The notes under the pieces: model-generated
Databases searched by the model: none
The model's input: only the letters and a program-made list of their open reading frames with translations
What the model was told of the DNA's origin: nothing
Source: Candidatus Saccharimonadales bacterium
GTDB lineage: Bacteria; Patescibacteriota; Saccharimonadia; Saccharimonadales; OMJO01
Reading direction: 5' to 3'
Assembly: GCA_035480035.1 (NCBI GenBank)
Contig: DATIID010000008.1
Location: forward strand, 74,401 to 138,400
Length of the DNA stretch: 64,000 nucleotides
Shown here: positions 18,764 through 26,648 of the stretch, piece after piece
Layout: each line of letters begins with the position of its first letter
Numbering within the stretch: the stretch's first letter is position 1
Translations under genes and position numbers: made by a program

Positions 18764-19164
18764 TAAGTACCCCCTAGTCGATTGCCAATAAATCCAACGG
18801 CCGAGGCGGCAATGACTGCAATAACTGCGCCGATTAAAGCATTAACTATAGTACGACGGGCTTCTGCGGTTTTATCTGGTTCGCCCTGGCTGATTAGATA
18901 AGTAAAGCCGCCCCATATAACAAAGGCAACTGCTACCAAGCCGGCAATTCTCATGACTATATCCAGAGCCGCTAAACCGATTAGCCAATATTGTCCCCAG
19001 CTATGAATAGTTACTTCACATTTACCAGTCAAAGCACTCTTGGAATAGGACAAATACTTGTACCACCTTGGCAAAGCAAAAAAGTTGCTAGCTTTACTAC
19101 AAGTTACTGCCGGGGCGCCAAAAAACCGAAGTTGAGTTAGGGTATACGTCAGAAAAGCGTACAT
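18763..19164 (-). CDS. VirB2/TrbC-like pilin family protein, paralog 5
   Basis: 133 aa; loop YLISQGEPDKTAEARRT; 2 Cys in the N-terminal region. Confidence 0.5.
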   Translation of the reverse strand: MYAFLTYTLTQLRFFGAPAVTCSKASNFFALPRWYKYLSYSKSALTGKCEVTIHSWGQYWLIGLAALDIVMRIAGLVAVAFVIWGGFTYLISQGEPDKTAEARRTIVNALIGAVIAVIAASAVGFIGNRLGGT

Positions 19165-19165
19165 C

Positions 19166-19840
19166 CTAGAAGATACCTCCCGGCACTAACCACTGAATGA
19201 ATGACCAGAAGAAACCATAGGCTACTAGCGCGAAGACGGCATTAGCGATCTTGCGACGAGCTGCGGCCACGGCATTGGGGTCGCCACGAGAAGCTGAGTA
19301 CTGGATCCCGCCGACCACAATCATAATGGTGACGAGTATGCCGACGCCGATCCCCAGAAAATCAATTGCCGGGAACAACCACCTATTAAAGATCCGGCAA
19401 CTGGTTGGCGAATCACTAGCCCTAAGCAAACACGATCGTTCGCCTTTTCTATCTGCTAGTTCGGCCACGGAAACTGGAGTGCTGCTATTGCCCCCGCCGT
19501 TGCTGTTATTGCTACTGTTATTACCAGTTTTATTTCCGCCACCTTTATTACCACCAGTAGCAAAGACACCAGATGTACAACTGGCTGGCTGATAAACAAA
19601 GCCGCCGCCGCCGTTTGCTAGCTGTAATATGTAACATTTGTTAGCTACCGGATAGCCGCCGGTCGTCACCGGCCAATGACCACAACCACCAACGCCACTA
19701 GGAGCAACTAGCGATTGATAACAGCGCGGCGCGGCGGCAAATACTGATTGAGTATTTAATATTATTGCGGCAAAGGGCATAAGAATAGCCGCTAAAATAA
19801 CAATAAGTGCTTTTAGGTTTTTATTTTGTTTCATTTTCAT
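19166..19840 (-). CDS. VirB2/TrbC-like pilin family protein, paralog 6, with extended Cys-rich and G/N/S-rich N-terminal domain
   Basis: 224 aa; signal peptide; 6 Cys; low-complexity GGNKGGGNKTGNNSSNNSNGGGNSS tract; then conserved helix-loop(QYSASRGDPNAVAAARRK)-helix core. Confidence 0.45.
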   Translation of the reverse strand: MKMKQNKNLKALIVILAAILMPFAAIILNTQSVFAAAPRCYQSLVAPSGVGGCGHWPVTTGGYPVANKCYILQLANGGGGFVYQPASCTSGVFATGGNKGGGNKTGNNSSNNSNGGGNSSTPVSVAELADRKGERSCLLRASDSPTSCRIFNRWLFPAIDFLGIGVGILVTIMIVVGGIQYSASRGDPNAVAAARRKIANAVFALVAYGFFWSFIQWLVPGGIF

Positions 19841-19969
19841 CTGTCTTGATTATAATTCTGGTTTTTAGCTTAAGCAAGTCTATTATACAATGATTCTCCA
19901 AATCCAAGTTCGAAATCAAAATGCATAAGCATTTTGCAGCCGTTTAAATTTGTTGCTAGTATTAAAGAT

Positions 19970-22924
19970 ATGAAAACGGCTAATCCCGTTCGCTATAGGC
20001 TAATTGTGGCTATTTTTTTGTCGCTTTTTGGGTTTACGTTTGTAACTCAATTGATTCATCCCCAAACTGTTCAAGCGGTCACCAACTGTGCTCACTGGGA
20101 TAGAAGTGTCATTCTTTGTCCCGGCGGCCAACTTTTTTACGACAACCAGATTGATGGTAACTACACTTATGTCCTTCAAGGTGATCCCGACAGTTGCGAT
20201 GACACAATTAAGAAGCTTACAAATAACAATACTCAAGCTACTCTACATACCTCGGTACCAGATCCGGTTAATGGTGGCTGTAAAGAGACCACTTCCGGTA
20301 TAACGCTTTCTTTAAACGCACAGTCCAGAATGCCGTTTGTGTATGTGGACGCGACACACATTATTACCAGTGACGGTAAAACTTCCTACACTTATAACAG
20401 TGCCTTAAAACTGTTCGTCGAAGTCGGCGGCGACAAATGTAAAGACACACTTAAAGTAATTGCTGGCGGACCTAATGGAGCCAGCGCGACCGTACAAGTT
20501 ATCGCCAGCACTGGCGGAGCAAATACTGCATACGATAAATGGGCTCAAGAACTAGCATTCGACAAAACTAAAAGACAAAGCATAAGTGGTTGTACCAAAT
20601 ATACCAACGTTGCGGCCAATACCTACAAAGTCAGTACCCAATTTTTAAAACAACCGTCGATAGCAAACCCGGCTATCGCTGGCAGCAACGGTGGTGGTAG
20701 TAATGGTGGTACAGGCGATGGTAGCGGCGGCGGCGGTGTCAATTTTGATTGTGAAGTAAGGTTTTGGAACCCGTTAACTTGGATACTTTGCCCGGTCGTT
20801 GAACTACTTCAAGGTTTCTTAAACTGGTTTGACGTGCAGATTGACGACATGTTGGAGGTTAATCCCAATTATATTGACACCACGAAGACTGAAGGCAAGG
20901 GCTTTTATCAAGCTTGGTCGTCAATTCGTACTATTGCGTTGGTGTTGATAGTGATTTTCGGATTGGTCATGATAATCTCGCAAGCAGTTTCGGTCGGGCC
21001 GTTTGACGCTTATACTATCAGAAAGGTTTTACCCAGGTTGGTGATAGCAACAATCGGCATTGCCTTGTCTTGGAATTTAATGATAACGGCGATAAATCTA
21101 ACTGGCGATCTGGGCGGTTCGATCAGAGGTATCCTGAGCGCACCATTTGATAATCTGACGCTACCGTCACTTGGGCAGGGCGCCACTGGTATATTTGCTG
21201 CCGGTATTGGTACATTTTTAATCGGTACCAGCTTTTTGGGTGCCGTTAGTCTACTATTAACCGCCGTTTTGGCAGTTTTAATTGCGTTCTTTGTACTAAT
21301 AATTAGGCAAATTGTAATAGTGTTGCTGATCATCTTGGCCCCTATTGCCATCGCCTGTTATGTTTTGCCGAATACTTCCAGGGTCTGGAAACTGTGGTGG
21401 GAGTCATTTAGTAAGGCCCTGCTGATGTTTCCCATGATTGTAGCCTTAATTGTCGCCGGACGAATCTTCGCCAAAGTATCGGCGGTCGACGGCGATGTGC
21501 TTCACCAGGTTATCGCTTTCATTGCTTATTTCTTACCGTATTTCCTAATCCCAGCCACGTTCCGTCTAGCTGGTGGTGCTTTATCGACCATTGGTGGCTA
21601 CGTCAACAATCAGGGTAAGGGCGGCTTTGACCGACTTAAGCAATTCCGTCAACAACAGTACAAGACAACTATGGATAAAAACCGGGGGGGTAACCGTCTG
21701 CTTGGTGGTAGAACTGACCCGACGACTGGTAAAGCCATTAATTTTCGCGGTAGAATTAACCGGGGCATGCAAAACTCTACTTTGTTGCCAGGTGCAATAG
21801 CAGCTGGGGGTGTAGTTCGAGGAGTAAGAGATGCCCGTGGACAAGTTAAAGCAATTAGGCGAACAGCTGACTTTGCAGCCGCACAGGAAATTATGAAAGA
21901 TCCAGCTTTTGGAATGCTAGGTGGTAACGAACATAACATGGTGGGTATGCTTGGTACATCTCGTTCGGATATAATTACTAAACTTAGAAGCACAGATTCT
22001 TATAAAGATGCCAGCGACCAAGACTTGAACGAATTAGCTGACACTATCGAGCAACTTCAAAGGGTTCATGGTGCCAAACCATTACAAATTGCCGCTTTCA
22101 TGCAAAAGGCGACCAGCAAGAATGCCTTTAACGAAGCCGGCCAAATGGAGAGAGAAATTGCTGAAGTGGCTGGTGGTGATGGAATCCTGGCCAGCAATCT
22201 AATAGCCCACGCCCGCTCGGCTCAAACCCAAGCTGGCCGAGCCGATAATGTTACTGCTTTTGGCGAGCAGTTTGGGATTGTTGACGATGTTATGCACAAT
22301 CGTATTAAAATCGGCGAACGCACCGAAATTGATCAAGAGACTGGAAAACCAAAGCAAGTACCAATATATGACACTACCAAGAATCCCGAGCAAGTCCAGG
22401 CTGCCGCCGGTCAACGCGTCATACGTGGAGCTTTGGAAACTACTAGTCCAGGCCAAATCTTAGGTGGTACACAAAGAAGTGTTAGCAATTTCATGGCGGA
22501 ATTAGGCCGGCAGTGGGCAGATGCCATTGATCATGGCACAGTAGATGAAATGACGAATGTTGGCGCCAGAATGGCCACCTTCAGGAATGCCATGGGCGGC
22601 GCCACGCCTCAAGTCAGGGAAGAAGTATCAAAAATGCTAGATTCAGCCGGTGTCAACCTTGACTCTGACGAATCTTCTGACCAACAATTAGCCAGAAGGA
22701 TTGCCGACGCTAACATTAGCAGGAGCGGAACACCATTATCTGAAACTGATCGAATTAAGAGTACAAGGACTGTTATGGAAGAAATTCGAACCAAGGCCGG
22801 CCTGTACGATATGGGCAATCGCGAATTAACGCCCGAGGAACGTGCCAATCAGCAGATGATGATGAGTGGTGGTCAGCCACCTGGAACCGGTATCCCGCCC
22901 TCGGGGAACCCCGACGAAAGATAA
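19970..22924 (+). CDS. VirB6/TrbL-like polytopic T4SS membrane protein with N-terminal Cys-rich ectodomain and long C-terminal extension
   Basis: Track ORF starts at TTG 19934; the ATG at 19970 gives a canonical signal peptide (MKTANPVRYRLIVAIFLSLFGFTFVTQLIHPQTVQA). About 270-aa Cys-rich region; Gly-rich linker; about 6 TM helices (aa ~320-560); about 440-aa hydrophilic tail; position is divergent from the pilin operon. Confidence 0.4.
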   Translation: MKTANPVRYRLIVAIFLSLFGFTFVTQLIHPQTVQAVTNCAHWDRSVILCPGGQLFYDNQIDGNYTYVLQGDPDSCDDTIKKLTNNNTQATLHTSVPDPVNGGCKETTSGITLSLNAQSRMPFVYVDATHIITSDGKTSYTYNSALKLFVEVGGDKCKDTLKVIAGGPNGASATVQVIASTGGANTAYDKWAQELAFDKTKRQSISGCTKYTNVAANTYKVSTQFLKQPSIANPAIAGSNGGGSNGGTGDGSGGGGVNFDCEVRFWNPLTWILCPVVELLQGFLNWFDVQIDDMLEVNPNYIDTTKTEGKGFYQAWSSIRTIALVLIVIFGLVMIISQAVSVGPFDAYTIRKVLPRLVIATIGIALSWNLMITAINLTGDLGGSIRGILSAPFDNLTLPSLGQGATGIFAAGIGTFLIGTSFLGAVSLLLTAVLAVLIAFFVLIIRQIVIVLLIILAPIAIACYVLPNTSRVWKLWWESFSKALLMFPMIVALIVAGRIFAKVSAVDGDVLHQVIAFIAYFLPYFLIPATFRLAGGALSTIGGYVNNQGKGGFDRLKQFRQQQYKTTMDKNRGGNRLLGGRTDPTTGKAINFRGRINRGMQNSTLLPGAIAAGGVVRGVRDARGQVKAIRRTADFAAAQEIMKDPAFGMLGGNEHNMVGMLGTSRSDIITKLRSTDSYKDASDQDLNELADTIEQLQRVHGAKPLQIAAFMQKATSKNAFNEAGQMEREIAEVAGGDGILASNLIAHARSAQTQAGRADNVTAFGEQFGIVDDVMHNRIKIGERTEIDQETGKPKQVPIYDTTKNPEQVQAAAGQRVIRGALETTSPGQILGGTQRSVSNFMAELGRQWADAIDHGTVDEMTNVGARMATFRNAMGGATPQVREEVSKMLDSAGVNLDSDESSDQQLARRIADANISRSGTPLSETDRIKSTRTVMEEIRTKAGLYDMGNRELTPEERANQQMMMSGGQPPGTGIPPSGNPDER

Positions 22925-22949
22925 TCAACCTAAATTCTAAAGTAGATTA

Positions 22950-22978
22950 TTGACTATTTCGCTAATGTTTGCTATAGT
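22950..22978 (+). promoter_or_regulatory. Strong sigma70-like promoter TTGACT-17-TATAGT, leaderless transcript for the downstream gene
   Basis: TTGACT 22950-22955, 17-nt spacer, TATAGT 22973-22978; ATG at 22988 lies about 9 nt downstream, no RBS. Confidence 0.4.
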
Positions 22979-22987
22979 ATCATTACT

Positions 22988-24364
22988 ATGTCAGAACTTC
23001 CTCCTGATACAAAAACTATAGAAACACCAACAGTCACCGCCGAAATTCCAACTGTTCCGATGCAAGAAGTTAATGCTGGTCCTACAGAAGCATATATATT
23101 AACCGACGAGCCTGGTGTGGCTTGGCTAGGCATGAAACGATGGGTTACGGCATTTAGAGCAGGTATGGCTGAGCATGTCATCAATCAGTCCGACATTAGC
23201 CATCGAGTATCTAGTCATTCAGCCGAATATGCCCTTCAAGAAGATCCTGTCCATACGGCGGCTCTTTCGACACTTAAGAAACCAGGTAGCGTTAGGGTAA
23301 TAAAGGGTGGTTTTAATCTTGAGAGTGGCGATTCCAAAATTAAGTTTGAGCCTGGCATTGTACCAAAATATCATTCAGAAACTGGGGAATTTACAGGAAT
23401 TGATTTTGATTTTGGGCTCAACATAAATGATAGGAACAAAAAAATTAAAGATGGGATCGACGCCGAAGCAAGAGGCGAGTCCCAAAAAAGAGATGTAGAC
23501 AAGGAAGAAGTTTATATTCTCTCCGAACCCGTAGAACGACGCCGGGCCGAGCGGCCCGTCACCTGGCCAGAACGCCGAGCTTCTCTATTTCGAGCACGCC
23601 AGGTTAGAAAAATGAATAATTTACGAATTTCAAGTGGTCGTTTGAAAAAAGACTATTCCACAAAAGCCCAAGAACTTGGCAGTATAGCGCCACGAGATCT
23701 ATTCAGTGCCGAAAGAGGAATGCATGGGCGCAACGTTAGGACGTTTGGCGAAAGACGCGATTATGCTAAAGCCTATCGACAACAACGTAAAAACACTGAG
23801 GGTGGCATAATTAAACGAGCCCTGGGATTGCCAGTTGGGTATGACCGAATTCGCGAAACTACTGAACAGGCCATTCGCGGTGAGTCCCCTATGCAAAAGC
23901 TAAATATTCGTCGACAAGAGAGCGCCAAAGATAAAGCCAAAGGTCTAAGAGAAGATGTTGAGGTGCTCCGCGCACAACACCAGCACGCCAAAGGACGACA
24001 ACAAAAACGTAACAACTATATGGATGAAATAAAGCGTAGGAATACTTACTTTGCGTCGCAACCGGCAAACATTGACAAAACCGAGGCCGAGTTTGTAGCT
24101 GCTTCACCTTTGGTCACAAAATTAAAGAAGCTATCAGCTCGCGCCACTAAATCGCGTGCCGCAAAATCGACGGTTGATATTGCTAGACTAAACCATCAGA
24201 TTCGTAGCCAAACCGACAGTGATAACAAACAGGTATTAGCCGAGAAATTGACCCGGACTCGACAAAAAAAGGCCGGCTTAGCTTCGAAGGCTTACAACCG
24301 ATACAAGGATATAAATCGACGCCGAACTGAAACCGGTAAGGTTGATGTAACCGGCTGGATGTAA
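22988..24364 (+). CDS. Hypothetical highly basic, low-complexity (K/R/E-rich) protein within the T4SS-like locus
   Basis: 458 aa, no TM, predicted largely disordered/charged; no recognisable domain. Confidence 0.3.
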   Translation: MSELPPDTKTIETPTVTAEIPTVPMQEVNAGPTEAYILTDEPGVAWLGMKRWVTAFRAGMAEHVINQSDISHRVSSHSAEYALQEDPVHTAALSTLKKPGSVRVIKGGFNLESGDSKIKFEPGIVPKYHSETGEFTGIDFDFGLNINDRNKKIKDGIDAEARGESQKRDVDKEEVYILSEPVERRRAERPVTWPERRASLFRARQVRKMNNLRISSGRLKKDYSTKAQELGSIAPRDLFSAERGMHGRNVRTFGERRDYAKAYRQQRKNTEGGIIKRALGLPVGYDRIRETTEQAIRGESPMQKLNIRRQESAKDKAKGLREDVEVLRAQHQHAKGRQQKRNNYMDEIKRRNTYFASQPANIDKTEAEFVAASPLVTKLKKLSARATKSRAAKSTVDIARLNHQIRSQTDSDNKQVLAEKLTRTRQKKAGLASKAYNRYKDINRRRTETGKVDVTGWM

Positions 24365-24423
24365 TTCGGCAAACTATTATCTGATTTAGCTATTGGCTAC
24401 AGAGGTTAGCTCCTTTATACTTA

Positions 24424-25653
24424 GTGCTAATGGCTACGTATAAGGTTATCCAGGATATTGAGGCCGAGGACAAGCTGTTGGGGCCGTTAACGCTACGGCA
24501 GTTTATCTATGCTGCGATTACAATCGTTATTGGTTTTATTATCTTTAAAACCCTGGGTTCTGGTGTTTGGTATGTTGCTCTTGGATTGGCACCACCGATG
24601 TTTTTCTTTGGACTACTGGCGGCGCCATTTGGCCATGATCAATCGTCAGAAGTTTGGATGCTTGCCAAAGTTCGTTTTTGGATAAAACCACGAATTAGAA
24701 TCTGGGACCAAGACGGCGTCAACGATTTGGTGACCATTACCGCCCCGAAACCACCGCCAAACTTAACTAATGGTTTGTCTCAGCCCGAAGTTCAAAGCCG
24801 ATTAGAAGCCCTGGCCACCACCATCGATAGCCGTGGTTGGGTGGTTAAAGATTTGGGCTATGACCCATTTGCCACCAATCAAACCGATCGTTTAGTTGAT
24901 GAATCGCAAACACTTAAAGAAGCGTCGCCAGTTGATATGTCTCAAGTGGTTGACGTTATGGATGAAAACACCAACCCAACGGCCCAAAACTTTGACAAAT
25001 TAATGGCCGCGGCTGAGCAATCCCATCGCCAGCAAATTGAGGCCTCGATGCAAAAAGCTATCCAAAAACCGGGTGATAAGTCCAAGACTAAAACCCAACT
25101 TGAAGAGGAAGCCCAGAAACCAGCGCCTGATTTTTGGTTTATGCGTGAAGATCACTCGCCAACCGAACCAGGCATTTCAATTTTCGATAACCCGGCTGTG
25201 GTAGCACCTGGTTCAAGGGACCTTGATTTGCCATATCAGCCAACCGATGAAGAGCAAAAAATTATCAACCGCGCCAAAGACGAACAAGCTCAACCACTAC
25301 CAATTATGTATCACTTAGCCAGGCTGGATGATGTTGAGCAACCCGAGCCAGAACCTGAACCGGCGGCACTGAAACAACCGACGCCGTCCAATATAGCAAT
25401 GAGCAGTTTAGACGTAAAATTACCGCCGATTGTTACTAAAAAAACACCAGATACCAGCAGCTACTCAACACCAAATACTGGCCCTCCCATAACTGCCCAA
25501 ACTGATATAATGAAAAAGAAGATCCCCTCGCTGCCATTCAACAATGATTTGAATGTCGAAACAATTGCGCGCGAAGCCAATCGTGAGACAGTCAAAGTTG
25601 ATACTTTAGGTGACGAGGTGGTGATTAATTTGCATTACAAGGGCACCTCTTAG
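24424..25653 (+). CDS. Membrane-hairpin protein (VirB3/PrgI-like N-terminus, tentative) with long acidic Pro/Glu-rich C-terminal tail
   Basis: N-terminal 2-TM hairpin (FIYAAITIVIGFIIF / VALGLAPPMFFFGLLAAPF) directly upstream of VirB4, as VirB3 homologues usually are; C-terminus contains a PEPEPEP tract. Confidence 0.3.
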   Translation: MLMATYKVIQDIEAEDKLLGPLTLRQFIYAAITIVIGFIIFKTLGSGVWYVALGLAPPMFFFGLLAAPFGHDQSSEVWMLAKVRFWIKPRIRIWDQDGVNDLVTITAPKPPPNLTNGLSQPEVQSRLEALATTIDSRGWVVKDLGYDPFATNQTDRLVDESQTLKEASPVDMSQVVDVMDENTNPTAQNFDKLMAAAEQSHRQQIEASMQKAIQKPGDKSKTKTQLEEEAQKPAPDFWFMREDHSPTEPGISIFDNPAVVAPGSRDLDLPYQPTDEEQKIINRAKDEQAQPLPIMYHLARLDDVEQPEPEPEPAALKQPTPSNIAMSSLDVKLPPIVTKKTPDTSSYSTPNTGPPITAQTDIMKKKIPSLPFNNDLNVETIAREANRETVKVDTLGDEVVINLHYKGTS

Positions 25654-25685
25654 CAATGTTTATCCGAAGGTGGGTGATATAAAAA

Positions 25686-26648
25686 ATGAATCCAAACTCT
25701 AAAACACCAAGTAGTCGACCAACCTCAGGCGCAGTTGGGGGCCAGTATTATGGTGACATTGGTAAATCTCCTTCGCCAATCGCTGGTCCCACACCAGCAG
25801 CCGGCCATGAGCCGCCCCGCCCGCAAAATTATTCTCAGTTTACGCCTATGGGTCAGGCCGCGCCTGCTCCGGGTGCTCCCGGTGGACCACGGGCGCCCTT
25901 GCCGCCACACGTCATAAACCCGAACAGCACTCAAAACATGTTGCAAATTGCCGAAATTCGCGACGGTTTGGTAATTATGAATGATGGCTCATTCCGCTCA
26001 ATCGTTATGGCTCGATCAATTAACTTTGATTTGATGAGCCCGGACGAGCGTGAAACGATTGAATATGCTTATCAAGGTTTTTTGAATTCGTTGCATTTTC
26101 CGGTTCAAATTTTCATTCGCACTGAACGAGTTGATATTCGTCCTTATTTGGAACGGCTCGATAATTTACGGCGGCAACAGGACAATATGTTATTGGCTCT
26201 ATTGATGGAAGACTATATAGGCTACGTTGAAGAGTTGGCCAGCCAAACCAACATTATGGACAAGAAGTTTTATTTAGTTGTGCCGTATTTTCCGGTCGCC
26301 GATATTCAAAAAGCGATTACTCAAAGCAAAAATTTCTTCACTGGTTTAATTGATATGTTTAACAAAAAAGCGCGACGTGTCACCATCAACGAGGCTGAGC
26401 TAAACAATGCTAAGGTGGAACTGCGCGAACGGGTTCAGGGTGTTTTGGCTGGTTTGCAACAAGCCAGTATCAAAGCCTTGCCGCTTGATACCCAAGAATT
26501 GATCGAGTTGTACTACGACATTTACAACCCAGACACTGCTACCCGCCAACAGCTCAAAAACTTTGACGGTATTAGCGAACCTGTGGTGACCAAAGGCGAG
26601 GGCGAAGCGCCCCAACCAGGACTAACTCCGGAGAATAACAATGGCTAA
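25686..26648 (+). CDS. Protein with Pro-rich N-terminus and VirB4 N-terminal-domain-like region (possible 5' part of a split virB4)
   Basis: Segment DGSFRSIVMARSINFDLMSPDERETIEYAYQGFLNSLHFPVQIFIRT resembles the start of Gram-positive-type VirB4/TraE ATPases (recalled, not searched); its stop overlaps the next ATG by 8 nt. Confidence 0.3.
   Translation: MNPNSKTPSSRPTSGAVGGQYYGDIGKSPSPIAGPTPAAGHEPPRPQNYSQFTPMGQAAPAPGAPGGPRAPLPPHVINPNSTQNMLQIAEIRDGLVIMNDGSFRSIVMARSINFDLMSPDERETIEYAYQGFLNSLHFPVQIFIRTERVDIRPYLERLDNLRRQQDNMLLALLMEDYIGYVEELASQTNIMDKKFYLVVPYFPVADIQKAITQSKNFFTGLIDMFNKKARRVTINEAELNNAKVELRERVQGVLAGLQQASIKALPLDTQELIELYYDIYNPDTATRQQLKNFDGISEPVVTKGEGEAPQPGLTPENNNG

Noticed and set aside
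17225-19592. Plus-strand ORFs 17225-17584, 17694-17984, 18250-18486 and 19251-19592, antisense to the pilin genes
   Set aside because: Each lies wholly inside a minus-strand pilin gene whose product has coherent signal-peptide and two-helix architecture. The antisense translations are low-complexity (e.g. LLLLLLPVLFPPPLLPP).
17161-24364. Diversity-generating retroelement targeting the variable pilin regions
   Set aside because: No reverse-transcriptase ORF (no YxDD motif) and no template/variable repeat pair could be found in the window. Variability is between paralogs, not repeats.
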